Origin: Macrostomum hystrix | Taxonomy: Eukaryota; Animalia; Platyhelminthes | DNA: 64,000 nt | Direction: 5' to 3' | Assembly: GCA_950097015.1 (NCBI GenBank) | Contig: CATNEN010000002.1 | Span: 5,084,001 to 5,148,000, forward strand | In this document: piece by piece, positions 60,701-64,000 of the stretch | How the letters are laid out: each line of letters begins with the position of its first letter | How positions within the stretch are numbered: position 1 is the first letter of the stretch | Notes under the pieces: model-generated | Databases searched by the model: none | What the model saw: only the letters and a program-made list of their open reading frames with translations | What the model was told of the DNA's origin: nothing | Position numbers and translations under genes: made by a program

Positions 60701-63700
60701 TCTAGCCTACTAATTTCATGTCAAAAGCTCTGGGATATTGAAATGGTGCATAATAGACTAAAGGGATGACTAATACTAGTGGCAAGCTGTAAGCACCTAG
60801 GAAGAGGTGATGACAGGGCAGGGACTAAGTGAAGCGTTAATAAACCTTACAAAAATTGGCGTGATTGATCATCCCGCCAGAATGCGGGTTCACAAATACC
60901 TCATAACTACTTCTATGTGCAATAAAAGGGCTTATATCAATAGTGAAACCTAAACGCTGTTTAGGCATGAGTTGCTAAATAAAGAAAAAACTATTAAGCG
61001 TTAAATTTTTAGTGTTACCATTTTTAACAGCCTAGCAGGCTAGAGAAACTCTTAGACTTGAATTTCATTAGTATCTTATAAATATACCGATTCTACTTTC
61101 TTTAAAACAGCACCGCATTGTTTTCCGTGAATCGAACTCATCACCTGCTGTCATTCCTGACGATGCTGGGCCCCTCGCCAGACTGGTGTGCCGGCACAGA
61201 TGATCTGGACCTCTGCCAGACTGGATGCACCTGGAAGCGAGAGATTCGCATCCCGCTGTACCCGTGGGACGCTGGGACCAAGTCTGGCAGTCACTATCAC
61301 ACCCGAGAATCCAGACCAGAGGATGACGTCATTCGCTACCTGGGCCGGGGCGGCTTCTATAAAAAGGGGCCGTTTGAAACGGACGAAACCGGTCGAGCAA
61401 GACCAGTCGCCGAGCTGGTGGTCACCAGGACGCGACCGACTCACGACTGGGTATGCGAGGATACCGGTCTCACAAGCGGCGAGCGGCCGCAGTCTGACAG
61501 GCCGCCTTCGTCATCGTCTTCACCGTCGGGCTCGTCGTCCAGAGGCAAAGGGCGAGAATCCCAGGGCGGACGTCGGGAGCCACTGTGGAGAGCGCAGAAT
61601 CAACGCGAAGGCTCTCTGATTGACACCTACCCGGACATGATTCAGAAGAAGATGCGCATGAAGTGCCTCGTGTCACCCTGGGGCAGTTGGAGCGCGTGCT
61701 CCAGCACCTGCGGCAGCACCGGAGTTCGGCGTAGAGTACGACGACTGGAGACCAACCTCATGGAGGGCCAGTGCGAGCGACTATTTCATCTTAATGTGAG
61801 ACCACCTTCAGATAATCTTTCTGGGTTCCCAAATAGTTTTAGAAGTGTTTGAGTCTATCGTACTGAAAACAGTGATAGGAGATGAGATGAGACGTCTGAA
61901 AACGACGGCAAGGCACAAAGTTGTCCAAAAGGTTTTGCAAAATCGCAGTAAAGCTACGCCCGTACGATGCGTCGTACGGAGAATGCTGCAACAGCTCGAA
62001 GTAAAGAGGCCCTAGAGTAGTTTCTGAGTCGCTTGCAACGTGACAGAGGAGTTAAGATTTTTAAAGGAGGCATTTGAAATGAAATGAATGTCATGGTAAC
62101 GCCTCAGGTTGGAAATACAGATGAGACTATTAAAAATCCTAGCGGCCTAACGAAGCGAGCTACGATACGAGTCGCTCGTAGTGGCGAATATAAAAATAAT
62201 GTAAAACGCAATACAGACAAATAAATGCTTTGATTCAGCATCAATTCCGCATTGGGCACCCAACTGAATTCTTGCTTTGCAAAAAAGAATAACTAATGAT
62301 TCTGAATCCAAGAACAGTGTGGCGATCAGTCGTTTTTCACATAGCAACGCTATTTTTCACATAGCGGACGAGGGGAAAGGCAATCGCTTATCGCGGAGCA
62401 AATGTTTATCGTCCCAGTAGCAGGCGCGCAGAAAAAAACCTTAATCCTACCCACGAAATCCGAAATCCAGAAGCCCTGGCGGTCCTGAGCCACAAACAGC
62501 TTAGAGGGACTGCGACATTTCCGTCTGCCGGTGTGCGGGTAGTCAGTCGAATGGGAGAAAAACCCGCCTCGGGAGAATCGGGAAGAGAAAAAATTTCTGG
62601 AAAGCGCGCAAGTTCCAAAAAATATTGCACACAAAGAATAAAATAGTTGGGCCTGAAAAACGTGAAGCAAACAACAAATGCTGCTATAAACTACGAAATA
62701 GTGCCCCGGGTCTCCTCTATGCCTTGCCTATGATCTTTTTGCGTGTCTAAAAGTCAAGTCGAAATATAAACACACAAGATAATCAAGGGCCTGCGATAGC
62801 GGGGGCTGCACTATTGCCCGCAATCAACAGGGCTAGGTGGAAATTTATGGCACGCGGGGCTTAACTGACATCCTAGAGGCCATTATAAATTAGTTATCTC
62901 TAATTAGATTAACGCAACAGAACAATGAACAATAGCGACAATTTCTTTGCGCAGATTGATTGTTGTTATTCACCTAATTCAAGTTTTCAAAAAATTAGGC
63001 TCGTAGTAAACCAAGGATTAAAAATAAGATGTCTTAGAAAAAGGTACTATCCCTTAGCTTTGGAACAAGGTACCATCCCTTAGTTTTTGGAACAAGCTAA
63101 CATCCCTTAGCTTTTGGAACAAGCTAACATCCCTTAGCTTTTGGAACAAGCTAGCATCCCTTAGCTTTGGAACAAGATACCATCTCTTAGTTTCGTGAAC
63201 AAGATACGATCCCTTAGCTTTGGAACAAGCTAGCATCCCTTAGCATTGGAACAAGCTAGCATCCCTTAGCTTTGGAACAAGCTAGCATCCCTTAGCTTTG
63301 GAACAAGCTAGCATCCCTTAGCTTTGGAAAAAGCTAGCATCCCTTAGCTTTGGAACAAGCTAGCATCCCTTAGCTTCGGAACAAGATACCATCCCTTAGC
63401 TTTGGAACAAGCTAGCATCCCTTAGCTTCCGAACAAGCTACTATCCCTTAGCTTTAGAAACGCCACTGTCCCTTTGCAGCGAACTAGACCTTTTAGACCT
63501 TTTTAGGCTAAAAAGGAAAACCGACCTCGAAATATTCACTAACTCTTCGTGGCTTTACTAACCCTTACAGGAAACTGAAATCTGCATCCCGGATGAGCTC
63601 ATTTGCCAATACAGCGACTGCGCTGTCAACGAATGGAGCAGCTGGGGTGCTTGCGAAGCCGAGTGCAACGGCCACGGCGAGCAGGAGCGCTACAGGTCTT

Positions 63701-64000
63701 TGTACACGCCTGACAAGTGCCCGATGACCCGCCAGAGGGAGATTCACGTGCGCGAAGTGCGAGGCTGCCGGCGCTCCTGCAACGCCAGGGACATCTGCAT
63801 TCAGGAGTACGACGAGGGCCGACCGTGCAGTGGAGGCGAAGGCCGGTTTTACTACTACAACATCGAAGCAAGGAGCTGCCTTCCGTTTAACTATCGAGGC
63901 TGTAAGGGCAACACAAACCGATTCGCTAATGAAGAGAGCTGTCTAAACGTCTGCAAACGTGGGCTGAGCAATGTGTCAGCTAGGGACTTGCTCACAATGG
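57793..64000 (+). CDS. SPON1: F-spondin (spondin-1)-like: signal peptide, reeler, spondin_N, TSP1 repeats, Kunitz; runs off the window
   Basis: Exons 57793-58230, 58329-58728, 59683-59872, 61111-61795 and 63571 to the end splice in frame. CCACGHAVY, LLSFLTMLGPSPDW, LYPWDAGTKSG, WGSWSACSSTC, EWSSWGACEAEC, Kunitz FNYRGCKGNTNRFANEESCLNVC. Confidence 0.92.
63045..63455. repeat. ~26-bp minisatellite (GGAACAAGCTAGCATCCCTTAGCTTT) x ~15 in spondin intron 4
   Basis: Tandem copies directly visible. Confidence 0.95.

Noticed and set aside
176-61676. Many antisense or alternate-frame ORFs over GC-rich exons (e.g. 176-682, 1097-1573, 48889-49317, 61188-61619) and ORFs inside SINEs
   Set aside because: They are shadows of real exons or repeats, low-complexity, with no recognisable motifs.

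Overview
Eukaryotic, intron-containing animal DNA with GC-rich exons, AT-rich introns packed with minisatellites and many tRNA-derived SINEs. The style suggests a free-living flatworm such as Macrostomum, but that is inference and is not shown by the sequence. Ordinary genes: a PDZ-LIM protein (206-1522, -), NAPE-PLD (33476-36889, -), a DEG/ENaC channel (38509-41002, -), a divergent actin-fold protein with a PH-like tail upstream (46800-50112, -, 5' end not found), and F-spondin with a Kunitz domain (57793 to window end, +). The main feature is a family of ten three-exon genes (A-J) for secreted fibrinogen-related proteins: eight intact and two pseudogenes, with nine clustered in 4-30 kb and one outlier at 42-44 kb. 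Exon 1 encodes a signal peptide and a PAN-like/Cys-rich module, exon 2 a near-invariant 124-nt hinge, and exon 3 a variable fibrinogen P-domain. The paralogues are sequence mosaics. G and I share a ~97%-identical promoter+exon1+exon2 block ending 4 nt into intron 2 but have very different exon 3s. Pseudogene B and gene C share two ~98-99% identical tracts in otherwise divergent genes. Exon 2 is homogenised even at silent sites, except in the isolated copy J. My inference is a lectin-like recognition repertoire diversified by segmental gene conversion or exon swapping. All exon boundaries and counts were read by eye; no database search or alignment was run.
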